Below are positions 51,201-64,000 of a DNA stretch of 64,000 bases, one piece after another. This DNA is from Trichosphaerium sp. ATCC 40318. Taxonomy: Eukaryota; Protista; Tubulinea. The number at the start of each line of letters is the position of its first letter. Positions within the stretch are counted from its first letter, which is position 1. The position numbers and the translations under genes are program-made. The stretch covers positions 277,915-341,914 of the forward strand of contig JALMLS010000593.1 of the NCBI GenBank assembly GCA_038496445.1, in the 5' to 3' direction. The notes below the pieces were generated by a model, which saw only the letters and a program-made list of their open reading frames with translations, ran no database searches and was not told the DNA's origin.

Positions 51201-53384
51201 TGTGCTTTGTCGACCTTATCGACGAAAGTGGCGTCAGTAGCGGCAGGGAATACAGACTGTTCATCCAAGAGTGGGAAGATACCGTTAGGTTTCTTTTCAA
51301 GCAAGTCAATGGTTGCCTAGAAGGAAAGTTAGCAATTCGAAAGGTAACGAATCTAAAAAGGGACATACTTGAGAGTCAATACCGAAGTTGACCCATGTCC
51401 ATTGGATTTTCTCACGTTGGTATTCCTCTTGTTCGAGGGTAAACATGTGGTGGTTGAAAAATTGTTGGAGTTTTTCATTTGTGAAGTTAATGCACAACTG
51501 TTCGAAAGAGTTTACTTCGAAGATTTCGAAACCGGCGATATCCAAAATACCAATGAACAAATCGTTGGCTTCAACCTAAATGATAATTAGCGTCTTTTTT
51601 TAGAACAAACAAGGTCGTACGGTAAGGGTTTGATTAATTTTGTCTACAATCCACAAGAACATACGGCCGTAAAGTGCTTTTACGAGAGCGTCACGAGAAG
51701 AGTAACCGTCAGCACAGTTTAAGTGCTTGGCAACCATTTCTCTGCCACCAGCAACCTTGATACGTGGGTTGATGAGACCACGTTCAAATTTACCGACATC
51801 GAGATCTAATAGCTCTGCAGTTTTTTCAACTACATCCTTACTATCAATAACAGCGTTATCACTGTTCTTAGACTCTGGTTTGAGCTTCAAATTACCAAGA
51901 TGGCAAATTGCAGCGCAGACTTTGAAAATAATAGCTTTTTCATCGTCAGAAAATCTGAGTGTGTCGAGAGCTTCCTGCGTAAATGTTAGTTCCACACGCA
52001 TTGAGGTAACAAAAATTTAGAAACGTACCAAAGTGGTAGCAAACTCTTTCTTGTCGTCCATGTAGCGCACGCTAGTGCAACCAGAGTGATTCAAGAAACC
52101 GTAGTCATCAGGAACGGTAAGATGGTACTTGGCTTTGTCTTCAGCGGACAAACCGGCCATCATCTGGTAAAAGATGTGGAAACAACGCTCGTTTTTACCT
52201 TGGTGAACGATACGAGACTTTTCGAGCAAGTATACAACAATAGAAGCACCAGAAATATATCCAGATTTATCGAATGTAATCTTGATAAATTTACCGAAAC
52301 GAGAAGAGTTGTTATTCTTCGTTGTCTTGGCGTTGGCAACGGCTTCAAGGAGAGGGTTTGCTTGCAAGAGTTTTCTCTCGAGTTCACCCTTGGTACCTCC
52401 GCGACCAGCAATGTGAGCGAGGTATTGAATAACCTTCTTTGTGTTTTCGGTTTTACCCGCACCAGACTCACCACTAAACACAAGTCAGAATAAACAATCG
52501 CGTGACAAAAATAACGAAAAACGTACGTAATAAGCATGGATTGATTTTTGCGTTGCTCCAACATAGCACGGTAGGCTGTATCAGCCATAGCGAAAACGTG
52601 AGGTGCCATCTCGTCACGACGTTTACCGATGTATAATTCGATCATGTGGTCAGTGTAGACAGGGATCCATTTATATCTATTCTTGTCAGCCTTCATTTCG
52701 TAAACTAGCCACGTACGGGTTGAGTACGACCAAGAAAAGACCAGAGTATGTGTGGAAGATGTCAGTGTCGTAACGGATCTTAATATTGTATAGGACAGCA
52801 GGCTCGTGCAATTGAGGCAAGTTAGAGCAATCCTCTACACCATCGAACTTTGGAGGGTTCATGCGAAAGCACTTCTCCTTAGCAAAAGACTTTTCCTAAA
52901 CAACAGTGAATACGTTGGCGCTAACACTCTAAATTGTACCTTTCCGTCTTTGTTCAAAATAACCTTCATCATCTTGTCATCTTCTGATGTGACTTGACCA
53001 AATTCGTATACATCTTGTTTGATGAACGCCCATACGAACTAGGAAGAAAGATTAGTTAAACGCCGTTTTCGGATGATCACTTGGTGATCTGCAGTTTTTG
53101 AATTAAGCACTGTAAATTTAGCGTAGGCAGTTTGCGCTAGTGTAATATCGTAGTTTTATGCCTATTTCAAGTGTTCGGAACGAAAAAAAGGACTGTCGAA
53201 AGATCGTTTGTAGATCACAAAAATGGCGACTTTGGATCGTCGTAGCCGCAAACAAACTTGAGATTTAAAGTGACGTGAAGTGAAAGCGAAAAGCGCGTAC
53301 TTTTTGGTAGTCCTTTTGGAACTGGAAGTCCGTAGGCCTACGGTACTTCAAGTACTTTTCGTAGTTTGAAAGCGAGACAGACAT
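48210..53384 (-). CDS. mhcA: Myosin II heavy chain
   Basis: [11 protein letters not shown]-loop [53 protein letters not shown] motifs, W.W.KLY.KARPL, then a heptad coiled-coil tail. Confidence 0.96.
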
Positions 53385-53692
53385 GGCTCTGCTTTTTGAA
53401 TTAAGATTATAATGAAGGAAATTTGAAAAGATTTCATTTGGCCCAATTTTGGTTAGGCAAACATGCAAAGCTAGCGGTGTAACAAATACTGCAGTCAACT
53501 TGTCGCTGCAACTTACTATAAGCGCTGTATTTAGAAACAAATAGAAACTGTCGCTAGTGCGTTCTTATTTCGCAAAAAAGACGTGCAACTGTTGTATTAC
53601 AAACTTGTACGTAAACTCTAAATATCTCTTTGTCATTTTCTCGTAGTTCCGAGTCAGGTACACTCTTGCAAATACTAGTATAAAGCGGGCAT

Positions 53693-54695
53693 TCAGTTTT
53701 GTCTAGCGTTATGAAGTCTCTCTTCAACATTCTTCCAGTTTACAATCTTCCACAACTCTTTTACGTAGTCTGGTCTTACATTCTTGTATTGCAAATAGTA
53801 CGCGTGCTACAAATTTAGTGAGTGGTTGTACGGTATTAGCCGTTACAATTTTTTTTGTACCTCCCAAACATCAAAACCAAGCAAAGGAACCAAGCCAGTG
53901 GTAGGTTCAAGTGGGTCTTGGTTAGCGCATGTGGCAATGGCGAGCTTGTTAGCTGTTTTGTCGTAACCCAACCAACCCCATCCTTTAATATTTTAGTTTA
54001 TAACGCGTGAAAATTATACGCACCAGAGCCTTGTACAGCGGCAGTTTTAGCTGACATGGTTGCCTTGAAGTTATCGAAAGTGCCAAATGTCGTTTCCAAT
54101 TCCTTGATCATGGCGTCACTTGGTGGCTATGCGTATTGTGAGGTCGTGAAGTGGTATTAAGAATGCGTACGGCGAAATCTTTAGGAGGGCAGAGATTGGT
54201 CCAGAAGATTGAGTGGTTAATGTGTCCACCGCCTGAGTGAGGATGAGTGTGTTTGAGTATATATTAACCATACCGTTAAATTTGAGAGCAGGTTGAAGGG
54301 CAATCATTTTGTCGATTTTACCCTAGCAGTTATTAGTATTAATGAGACTAGTAAGAGAACGAACTTGTGACTTGGCTGAGTCTAACTGGTCCATTGAGGC
54401 GTTGTAATTTGTTACCTTGGAGAAATTAGTTCGATCATAAAACACACTGTAACCGTACGTAAGCGTTGTGGTGTTTCTTGTGATGTAGTTCCATGATATC
54501 ACCAATAACGACTGGCTCTAGTGCACCGTAGTCGTAAGGAAGGTCTGGGAGGGTTGCTACTTGCTAAATGCTCATTAATTTGTATCAAAAAACTTTTCGT
54601 TGTACCTGTGGGCGAGCTGAGGTACAGAATGACCGTTTTTTGGTGCTAGTTGCCTGAGCAGTTCTTGCAAGCGAAGAGCGCATTAACATTGCCAT
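53693..54695 (-). CDS. SOD2: Mn superoxide dismutase, mitochondrial
   Basis: Presequence, [45 protein letters not shown] and [18 protein letters not shown]. Confidence 0.97.
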
Positions 54696-54959
54696 GGTTA
54701 TTTGTTAGGTGATACTTTGTGGAGAAATGTAACTGGTTTGACTTTCCATTATTTGAACATTTAAAACCGAACCACGCACCAAAACACCACAAGATACTTT
54801 TTTACTCAGCCAATTGAATATGAGTGGCCTTATGATACGCTTGAAGGAACTTGTACGCCGTTTTCTCGAATTCCTGTCTAATTGTTACTAGAACGTCGAA
54901 TTACGTTACGTTAGAGATTCAATACGCTGTATGTAGGTCACAGCGTATCTATTGTAATT

Positions 54960-55680
54960 AAATTTAGGCATACTAAGTACAATAATATTTACGCGTGCTC
55001 TGGGCAGTATTCAGCCCGCTCAGGTCGTTTTAGAAGACTTAGACATTTGTTACGTACGCATTATGTGCCTTGTCCTATTGTAATCGCGTAATAGTCGTGT
55101 GTTGATGAAGAAGAGATTGTGAGGGGAATAGATAGTTCTGTAGCGAATATAGAAGCAGAAATCAAGGCAAAAAATGTAAAATCGCCTGTAGAGGTGCGAG
55201 AACCATAGTATTGCGTGGCGTCAATTGATTTTTACGACAGATAATGATCAGATTTCATACTTTCAAAACATCTCAAAGCTGGTTATTGAGCCGACCTAAG
55301 GTTCGTAGTCTTTCAGTCCGTGCAGAGTTGACTCTTCAGTAGCAAGAAAAAATACCTTGGGAAGAGTGGATCATTGTATTAAACATCATCAATACGCCTC
55401 TCCCAGCACAAGCAGGTATCTTCTAATATTTACCTGACCTTGTCACTAACATTTAGAAGAGCGACGGAAGCTTCTTGGTAATGATTTACGCTCTCTCGTC
55501 ATGGAAATCGTAAATCACAGCACAAATAATCTACGTAAAATTCCACCACTGACACGAAGTGACATTTCTGCACCATTCCCTTATACTGTACGTAATAGAG
55601 ATACTCGTTACCATCTACCACTCACAACACATGTAGGTATCCTTAAAAAAACAAACAGCCACCTGGGGCAATGTCATCTA
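54960..55680 (-). CDS. Possible small multi-exon hypothetical gene
   Basis: Several open minus-strand segments end in donor-like sites (for example GNGAEMSLRVSGGIL, SVNHYQEASVALLNVSDKV, IDATQYYGSRTSTGDFTFFALIS). No family recognised and the model was not closed. Confidence 0.3.
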
Positions 55681-55789
55681 CGACATGTTTCGGTCAACGC
55701 CAGATGTAAATATTTGAGTTTTTGGCTGCTCAAACAAAATGAATGTAATTTCAATATTATCAAGACTTCCAGTTTATTTTCATAGTTAC

Positions 55790-58655
55790 ACTTGTATTCT
55801 AACTAGACATCTAAAATCCGGCGTCAAACCCACCATTTTCTAAAGAATTATTGTTAGATTCATTACAATACTACATGTGTGCGTACCATCAGCTTCCTGC
55901 ATGCCTTTCTTGTGTCTTTTTTGTTCAGCCATCAGCTTTCTTTTTTCTTGTTGCTCGTATTTCTTCAGAGCTAAGTTTTCTTGATAGGCAGCACTCTTCT
56001 TTTGTCTCAATGCCACTTCCTCGGCAGCTTTCTTCTCCTCAGATTTTACTTTGAACGCAACTAGTGTATGTTAATTTTAGTGTTACAACAAACTCATTTT
56101 ATATCGTACTTCTTTCTTTCTCCTGTTTAATTTTAGCAGCTTCGATGATGGCTTTTGCATTGGTTAGATTGGAAGCAATCTGTGATGCTTCTAAAGCTTC
56201 AATAGCTCTATATTGTCGTTAGCAACTATAGTAAGGTAGCTTCGTACTGTCGTTCTTCTGCAATAATCCAAGCTGGTCTGTTTGCTGCTTTAAGTTTCAA
56301 CGAGTGTTTGTGGTGATTTGGGATACTATCGAAGTGTTTGTCAAAACGTTGGACCATGCCTATACACTAGTGAGAAGAGCGTATAAGAAGCGATAAAAAG
56401 TACCATAATTATCAACAATATAATCGAAGCATTGTTCTCTAAATTCGAGTAGTTGAGTTGCCTCTGCCCAAAGGAACAAGCCACAAATTTCTGTCTCATT
56501 CATAGAATCTTTAGTAATGACACCCAACTGATTCTGAATAAAGGCTGGGGATTTGTTAGCATTAAAAAGTATACAATCTTACATACCTTGAAGATCATTA
56601 ATTCTAAAAAACGAGGCTAGATGAGCCAAGTTTGAGATTAATTTCCAGTGAGATTGTAAGTGTAATTCACGTGTTAATTTGCCTGGAAGACTAACCGCAT
56701 AACGATTTGGGTTCATATCAGCAAACATATTGGAATTGGTATTATGAGATGTAAGCGCAGTGATAAACATTGCTTCGCATGCTGGTGTCCAATTAATTTT
56801 ATCAGCATTGCTGGCCATGTACGTTAATGTAATTTTTCTAAGGGATGGCACATTCCAATTGTATGATTGGTACTTAGGCTGTACAAAAAGAATTAGACAA
56901 GTGTAGTAAAAGTGAAATTCATACCTCTGGATTGTAGCTTTGGTACTTAGAGTAACACTTTGACAAGTGCTGCATTTTTCCAGTGTAAATCCACTCAAGT
57001 AGATGCAAAAAGGCATAAGTGTCAACACCACTCACTAAAGGCGTTGAGCAGGAGCAGGTTAAAAGAATCATTACCTGGTAACACTGATCGTTGGGTGGCA
57101 TTAGGTCCTAAAAATAATGCACGAAAGAATGGCACACGGCTTAGGAGCATTCGGTGGCAGAAAATTGGTTTGTTCTAACAACGTAATTAGTAAACAAAGG
57201 AAAGGTGCAAAAAAAAAGGTTTAAAGTACCCCCACAAGAAGAACAATATCGGATCCAGTAGGGTTGTTAATAGCACTCAATAAGCTTTGATGGTGAGTAG
57301 CTCTATATGATGAAAAGCCCTTAGTTAGGAATAATACATGGTTGTACAAGACCGTACGATTTGGTTAATGAAATTGACGTGTTGTAGGCTCTGCAAAATT
57401 TGCTAATTGCAGTTCTTATATCCGGGTGCGTAGGCGAAATGCCACTGTAAATATACTTAAAGAGAGCTTCGAGTTGGTCGAAGCTTGTAAGTGGCAGGAA
57501 GTGTTTCAAATCAACTTCAATTTCTGCAATTTCATTTACGATGTGTTCTTTGATTGAGTTAGTTGTAGTGTATTTAAATACTAGACATACGTTGTCCTTC
57601 TGACAGAGTTAAGTTGAATCTTTGAGAGATGACAGGAGCCAAACAACGTAATATTAGGCTGTGAAGCATGAATACTTTCGAAGCAGCTTTCCCTACAAAC
57701 AGTTTAATAAACACAACCATCATTTACTTTCGGGTACCTTTAATTGTAAGCCTGATGTTTGGAGATGAAAACTTTGGTAAAGGACCATTGCTGTTGTAGT
57801 GAGTATATTAACAATAACGAAATGATTCCACATACCACATGTCATAACAAATCTTAAGATGTGCAGAGATCGTTAAATCAACACCGCGGCTGTGATAGAA
57901 ATCCATTACAGGTACATTTGATTTACTTGCAGCATAATCAAGCATGTGATAGCCTCTTTTTTTTGTTTAGTTTAATTGACTATGTGCATGATATGCTCTT
58001 ACTTGTTGTTTGGATTACTGAGCATGTAGCGTACTCTACGCTGTGACTTTTTCCCTAGCGCGCCTTCTATTGTCTCCACAGTACTAGTGTAGTTTAGCGA
58101 TACTGAAGACAAACAAGGATTTATGTACCCGTTCGCTGAAAGGTTGTACAAAACGAGGCTGTCAGTGTCCAGGTTAACTTTGAAATCCGCCTTGCGATTG
58201 GCCCAATCCCGTGATTCTATGAGTGTTATTTATGGAGTATTGAAGAAAAACCTACCTTCACCAGTGAGTTCTGAAGATGCTTGTTTCAGAATCTCGCGAA
58301 CTTTTAGACTTAGTGCGGACAAGTAAACACGTTGTCCGTCAATCGTTCCAGGGTTATATTTGACGCCGTTGGCAAGAAGAAATGTGACAACGTCTTCGTG
58401 ACCTATAAATTACGTTTTAAACTGCACATCATGTCTAGAGCACGTACCACATAGGGAGGCGTAGTACAGTGGTGTGTTGCCATATTTATCACGAGTTTTA
58501 ATTAGACGAGGTTCTAATATGCGTCAGAGTGCGTATAAGTAGTTTATAGCGTAACCTGCTTCAAACATTGATGAAACTTCTTTTAACAGCCCTTCTTTAG
58601 CGGCACAGAAGATGTCCATGTATGTGCCCTTGCTAGGCCCGCTGCCTTTCATCAT
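55790..58655 (-). CDS. ABTB1/BPOZ-like ankyrin plus BTB/POZ protein with a coiled-coil C-terminus
   Basis: DIFCAAKEG, RDKYGNTPLYYASLCGHEDVVTFLLANG...DGQRVYLSALS matches the ABTB1-type ankyrin region. BTB segments: GSDIVLLV..KPIFCHRMLL..PFFRALF and FLHLLEWIYTG. The 3' end is approximate. Confidence 0.8.
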
Positions 58656-58757
58656 GTTTGTGTTTTGTTTAATACTTTTGCTGAATACGAGGACCAAACA
58701 AGAAAAGACAATGAATTTTTGTGAAAAATCAACAAGGCTTCAGTATTGGCATTCTGT

Positions 58758-60859
58758 CTACAAGAGATCTTTCATTAACATTACTTTTAGTTCTGTCATA
58801 TCATCCATGGCGAATTTAACGCCTTCACGGCCTACACCACTGTCTTTGATACCACCGTACGGCATTGAATCTACTCTGGCACTTGGCACATCATTCACAA
58901 CGAGTCCTCCCTACAAACATCAATGCTATTACTGTATGTATGCTGCGTACCACTTCTAGTTGCTTGTATGCTTGGAAGGCGTGTTGAATATTGCTTGTGA
59001 AGATACCAGCTTGTAATCCAAAGTCAGATGTATTTATCTTTTCTATGACAGTGGATAGGTCACTGAATTTTTCAACATTGCAGACAGGCCTACGAAATTG
59101 TTACAAAAAAGTTACCAACGGTTGGTGCAACGTGTACCCAAAAGCCTCATTTTTGGCCAAAGTGCAATCACCTGGACAAACATTACATGAGGCAATATAT
59201 ATTTGTTACGTACTTGGGAGATTACTGAGGATAGTTGGTGTCATGACATTACCTTGGTTTGTGGCACCAGACTCTACAGAAGCCCCCTAAAGAAGGTTTT
59301 AGCGTGTCACAGCTTTCTTACCCATTACCTTAGCTATTGCCTCCTTTACCCAAGTCATTACTCTGTCAGTTTCTTCTGGTGCAATACAAGGTCCAATGAA
59401 CGTTTTATCATCGAGTAGATTGCCTCCTTTTAGCGCCTTTGTGGCTTGGACAAATTTAGTCATAAATGCGTCGTAGACAGACTCATGTATGTATACACGT
59501 TGAACAGAGATACAACTTTGGCCTACGCTAATCTTAAATACAACTCTTATTCTTTCAGGAATTTTACCTGCTCCATAAAATGCACCAAATGTTACTCTGG
59601 CTGCGGCTTTATCTAGATCAGCGGATGCATCGATGATGCATGCTGCGTCACCGCCAAGTTCCAAAGCCTGTTCAAATTATTGAGTAGAATACGATGTCTT
59701 ATCCTTACCACTTTCTTTTTTCCTGCTTTTTCATTAATTAGCCAGCCAATTTTAGGAGAGCCAGTAAAAGAAATCATCTACGTGATTGTAAAAATATATA
59801 GCACTGTAAACCAGACGTACTTTGATGTTTGGATCAGTGGAAAAAAGAGGTGCGTCATCTACAAGTGTTGGTAGAATGGCGTAACTACAACGTTTATTAG
59901 CAACATAAAATTGTAGGAACTCCTACCTATCATCTGGAAGATTGGTTTTAGCAAGTATCTCGCCTAATATTGACGCGCTAAGGGGTGTTCTTTCGCTGGG
60001 TTTGAGAACGAAGGGACATCCTGTCGCAATGGCAGGACCAACCTATTCAACGTTATTTTAGGCATAAAACAATGCGGATTATACCTTGTGCGCGGCCAAA
60101 TTAAGCGGAAAGTTAAAAGGTACAATCATAGACACAAGACCAATTGGGAATTTCGTGGTAATAGATGAATACCCAGAGTTTCGTTGAGATATATCAAGTT
60201 TATCAACGGAGCCTTGCTATATGTGTATAATTACGCATTAGGCAATCCAAAAGTTAGATGTACCTGACGGACAGATTCCTTCGCACGCTTAGTATGTATG
60301 CTATAAAAAAGTATCGTTACGTACCTCTGCTGAGATTGTAAAGGTCTCTATGGCTCTCATTACTTCTCCCATGGAGTCTGCGACAGTTGTCATTTCTTTC
60401 TGACACCTTACCCTTTTAGTGTACCTGTTATTGATTTGCCAACTTCCATGGATAGAACCTCCGCTATTTCGCGTTTTCTGTTCTCTATTTCTCCCGCTAT
60501 TTGTAGAAGAACTTGCTTACGTTCATAGCTTTTAAAGTTCTTGCAGGATTGATTGTTAACAATTGTTGAAAAACTTTGCTGCGTACTGATAGTTCGCTGC
60601 TCTTACTGGCGGCTTTTGCCATTAGTTTTTGAACTTCTTGTGGCGGGGCACAACTTACTTTTGTAAAAGTTGTCTAAACCCGGTTAGGAGATTATCGAAG
60701 CGTTGATCGTGCGTTAGTGGACTTTTCAACAACTTCTAATGTCCGCTCAGCGTTGTAAACCGCTTTTTTACCGGCATAGTACGGGTATAGCGCTTTGGCT
60801 TTGAATGCTATGATAGTTTGTCAGTGTCAAGTGAGAAGAGCTCATGCACCTTGTAGCAT
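58758..60859 (-). CDS. Aldehyde dehydrogenase (ALDH21/lactaldehyde-dehydrogenase-like clade)
   Basis: [46 protein letters not shown], catalytic [24 protein letters not shown] and RVDSMPYGGIKDSGVGREG. Confidence 0.92.
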
Positions 60860-60956
60860 TTTTTGAATTTTTACAAATGTCAAATCTAGTAAATTGACTT
60901 ACAGTTTACCCGTCAAGTCGTTAATTTACTTCTGGCTGTTAATTGACGCTGTACCA

Positions 60957-61395
60957 ATGATTTTCGGTGATGTAGATTGGGTGAAGAGCTCTGTTACCGA
61001 TGAGCAACACCAAGCGTGCCACGCTATATTTACGCGATTGCAGAACGACAAAAACAAAAATTTCAGCTGGAAGACAAATTGGAGCTGGCGTATATCGGCT
61101 GAAGGCCTCTTACAGCTAGAGGAAGCACTAAAGCCAAACGTTGGAAACGGTGCGTTGTCGTTTAACTCTTTTTACTTGTATTTTATTTGAAATACCTTCA
61201 ATTTCCTTGTGGTTGCGTCAAATAACACAAATAGACGTTAGAAACTACCTAGCGAAACTTGGCTTCAACAAACATAGAAACGTTTGGTTTTTCCCGTATT
61301 GTGATGCAGACAAAGTACCATTGCTCAGTAAATCAAGTAGAGTATTTATAAAAGGTACAACATTGGGAATTACAGGCCACAAAATAACGCCTTAA
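60957..61395 (+). CDS. Small two-exon hypothetical protein, weakly HSF/winged-helix-like
   Basis: A GT-AG intron (about 61149-61234) joins MIFGDVDW...NVGN to DVRNYLAKLGFNKHRNVWFFP in frame. Confidence 0.45.
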
Positions 61396-61477
61396 AAGCG
61401 AAACCACTCCTCGTCAAGGCGCTCAAAATACCAAAAAATAAGCCTGGAAACAGGCCACATACCAAGTTAAAACGCAC

Positions 61478-64000
61478 ATGGAGAGACAAGAATTTTAAAG
61501 TACTAGCTTACAGAACGTTTTTTGCAAACACGTGATTTACACCTTTTGCAGGAGAAATTTAACGCGCAAACTTTTATAGAAAGTCTCTCTCGCAAGATAG
61601 TTGTTGAGGCACGAGAAGAGTCTGGACGCAAGAATCTAGAAATAGAAGGTATGCAACTAGTATATAATACCATACTCATTACAGAGTCAAGGAGAGCCAT
61701 TCGATCCTACACCTTTTCAAACTGTATTCACTGATACATTGGAAGAGTTGACTGCTTTGAGACGTAGGGTAATTATTTCATTTCCTTTGAGTCCGTACAA
61801 ATTGCTTTTAGATTGAAGGTAAGATTGGCGTATTTGCAAAAGAATGTGGCACAGCTGAGTTTGATTATCGAACAAAACTATCTTTCTTAAATAAACAACT
61901 CGAAACAGTCTTTGGAAACTTTGATGCATTGGATAACACAATAACTACAATATCAACCACAGCAGTAAAGATTGGCGGTAAGTAAATACTGGTTGTGTAT
62001 ATACTCATTGTTTATCGTAGGCACGCTTGAAGGCGTAGATCAACAAAGGAATAGAGCCAAAGATGCACAAGATATTATTCGGTTTATTCTAGAGTTCAAT
62101 GAGCGAGAACGCAAGTTCCCAAAGGTGTGTTGATTTGCACGAATTTTGAGCTTATATTTTTTTTCAGAGATTTGCAGATCAAGCGAGGCTCCACGAGGTA
62201 CGAGTCGCCCTGTTAGGACCAATACTTATTTTTTAGAACATGCTCATATTGCAGAAACTAAAAGCTGTTACACGGGAACTCAGTAGGGCTGAGAATTTAG
62301 AAACAAGGGAGAGAATGAAAGTAGCAATTGCCAATGTAGATACTAAATATAGAGAGTTAGAGGAGCTCTTGCGCAAACGCTTCATGAAGGTAACTTTTTT
62401 TGTTTTGTTTTGCAACAATAAAATTTATGAGTGTATAGGGCTGTAGGGAAGTTAATATAAAGAAAATGAAAGCATGTTCAAAGACATTGTTTCAAGCACC
62501 AGAATTGAGTAGAGAAAAGTGTCTCAATGAGTACATACGAATGGTACGTAGAGTTTGTGGCATCGTTTAATGAATGTGCGCAGATGGATCTGCTTGATAG
62601 GTTAAATGAGCTCATCACTGCGGCAGCAGTAGTACTCTCAGCTCAACAGCAGGGAGAGGAACCTGTGGTAGTAGAAGGATCAGGTGACATACCAGAACGT
62701 ATTGAAGAGGTGAGCATAGTCAATTGTGTAATGATTAACTAGTAGCAGTTTTATTCAACAATAGAAACGGGTATAAAAAGAGAATATGAAAGTGTTATTA
62801 TAAAGGTTTTTCCTGATCCACAGTATGTGGTGTGGAAGCTTATAGAAGTCACATTTACAACAAAGGTAGCGCCATTCACAATTTATGTTGGTTAACACCT
62901 TGGTTGTAGGTGCAGCGCCTTGTGCAAATAATGCTTAATCGTGTTGAATCTAACAAAGGTGTTTATCTCAAAGTTCTCGAAGTTGCATTTAAAAAAACCC
63001 GGGTACGTTCTTGGAAACAACACGTCACTCACATAATTTATAGGATCTTATCAATAAGCTTACGGAGTTCGTACCATATACAAAGCTTTCTCCATTGGTT
63101 GAGCACGTGTTCACACGCTACACAAAGAGCCCTGAGTATATTGACCTTGAGATTGCCTCAATGGAGGAATTCTATTCTGGAAAACTAAGTGAACAACGCA
63201 TGAAACTCGAACAAGAGCGTGACGCTGCTAACACGAGCTTTTTTGAAACATTAACACAGGTATGAGGTTGTTTTGTTCGCTGTTAAAATGGGTTAGGGTG
63301 CAGTTGATGTTGGTCCTCGTCTGACACTCGACACGTCACTGGATTATATACGTACGTTGTCTAGAAGTGATCAATTAATGACGCACAATAGAAAGAGGAC
63401 TTGAAGGTTTTAAGCGATGTGCTTTGCTGTCTTGTCCTGAAGATAGAGCACAAAATATGCGTAAGTTGTTTCAAACATTGATATTAGAATTTGGTGATAA
63501 ATACATGGTCGTTGCTCTTACTGGGTATGAAAAAAGAAACATTTGAATCATTGTCTAACTTATTTAGTGTCATAAAGCGCGTCTCGGAAGGTAGACGGTA
63601 TGTATCAACAAAGGAGCTATTTGAGTGTAGCAAACTTGTCAACTTGAACATCATCAACCTCCAAAAACTCTTTTTTACCAACATTGTACGTTCAATACAA
63701 ACGTAAATATGACTTAAAAATATCACATAGCGGCCACATTTGGAGCAGGATAGATTAAGCGATTTCGTGGAAGAGGAGCAAGTATGTATTTCAGAAAAAG
63801 ACAGATTGTTATTTGACCTTGAGGAAAAAATAAGTATAGGGCTAGTGAAGGGCCTCACGGGTGAGTACTCAATTAGCTACACAACTGTGAGCACTTATTT
63901 TTGTTAATGTTTAACTAGCTATCATTGCATGGTTGAGCGATTGTTGAGTAAAGAGCAAAAATGGAATGACTTTAAACCAAAATGAAGACTTCAATCCTGA
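61478..64000 (+). CDS. EXOC5: Exocyst complex component Sec10 (3'-partial)
   Basis: FNAQTFIESL, FDP.PF...F...LEEL, F..LD..I.......VKIG..LE.VD.QR.RA.DA..II.FI.EFN, I..VFPDP..V..KL and LLSKEQKWNDFKP. These match the Sec10 pattern. Confidence 0.85.

Noticed and set aside
48226-52493. Long plus-strand ORFs overlapping myosin
   Set aside because: They are antisense shadows of the codon-biased coiled-coil and motor exons (Ser/Leu/Phe-rich) with no independent motifs.

Overview
This is gene-dense, AT-rich eukaryotic nuclear DNA with many short (about 30-100 nt) GT-AG introns, typically with GTACGT/GTAAGT/GTATGT donors and CTAAC-like branch points. The gene content (myosin II, type III glutamine synthetase, family-2-like GPCR, ALDH21-like enzyme) fits an amoebozoan-type protist; that assignment is an inference. 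About 27 protein-coding genes can be reconstructed by eye. Confident calls: HGD, succinyl-CoA ligase beta, CDC6, SLC35A transporter, m-AAA protease, mitochondrial uS11, GSIII, TADA1, kynureninase, myosin II, MnSOD, ALDH, Sec10/EXOC5, NUGGC-like GTPase and two ankyrin-BTB proteins. Most interesting: (i) two paralogous genes combining a Trp-rich ~70-aa repeat array with a C-terminal PD-(D/E)XK/Vsr-like nuclease domain, a candidate organellar repeat-plus-nuclease family; (ii) an intronless bacterial-like 401-aa gene; (iii) a secreted protein with four bacterial SdrD-B-like Ca2+-loop repeats, tail-to-tail with a GPCR lacking an ectodomain; (iv) two in-phase alternative first exons on GSIII suggesting dual cytosol/mitochondrion targeting; (v) a repeat-rich 24.3-26.6 kb island with an orphan gene and a triplicated micro-exon cassette. 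No rRNA, tRNA, CRISPR array or intact transposase was seen. Gene boundaries were spliced manually and are approximate.
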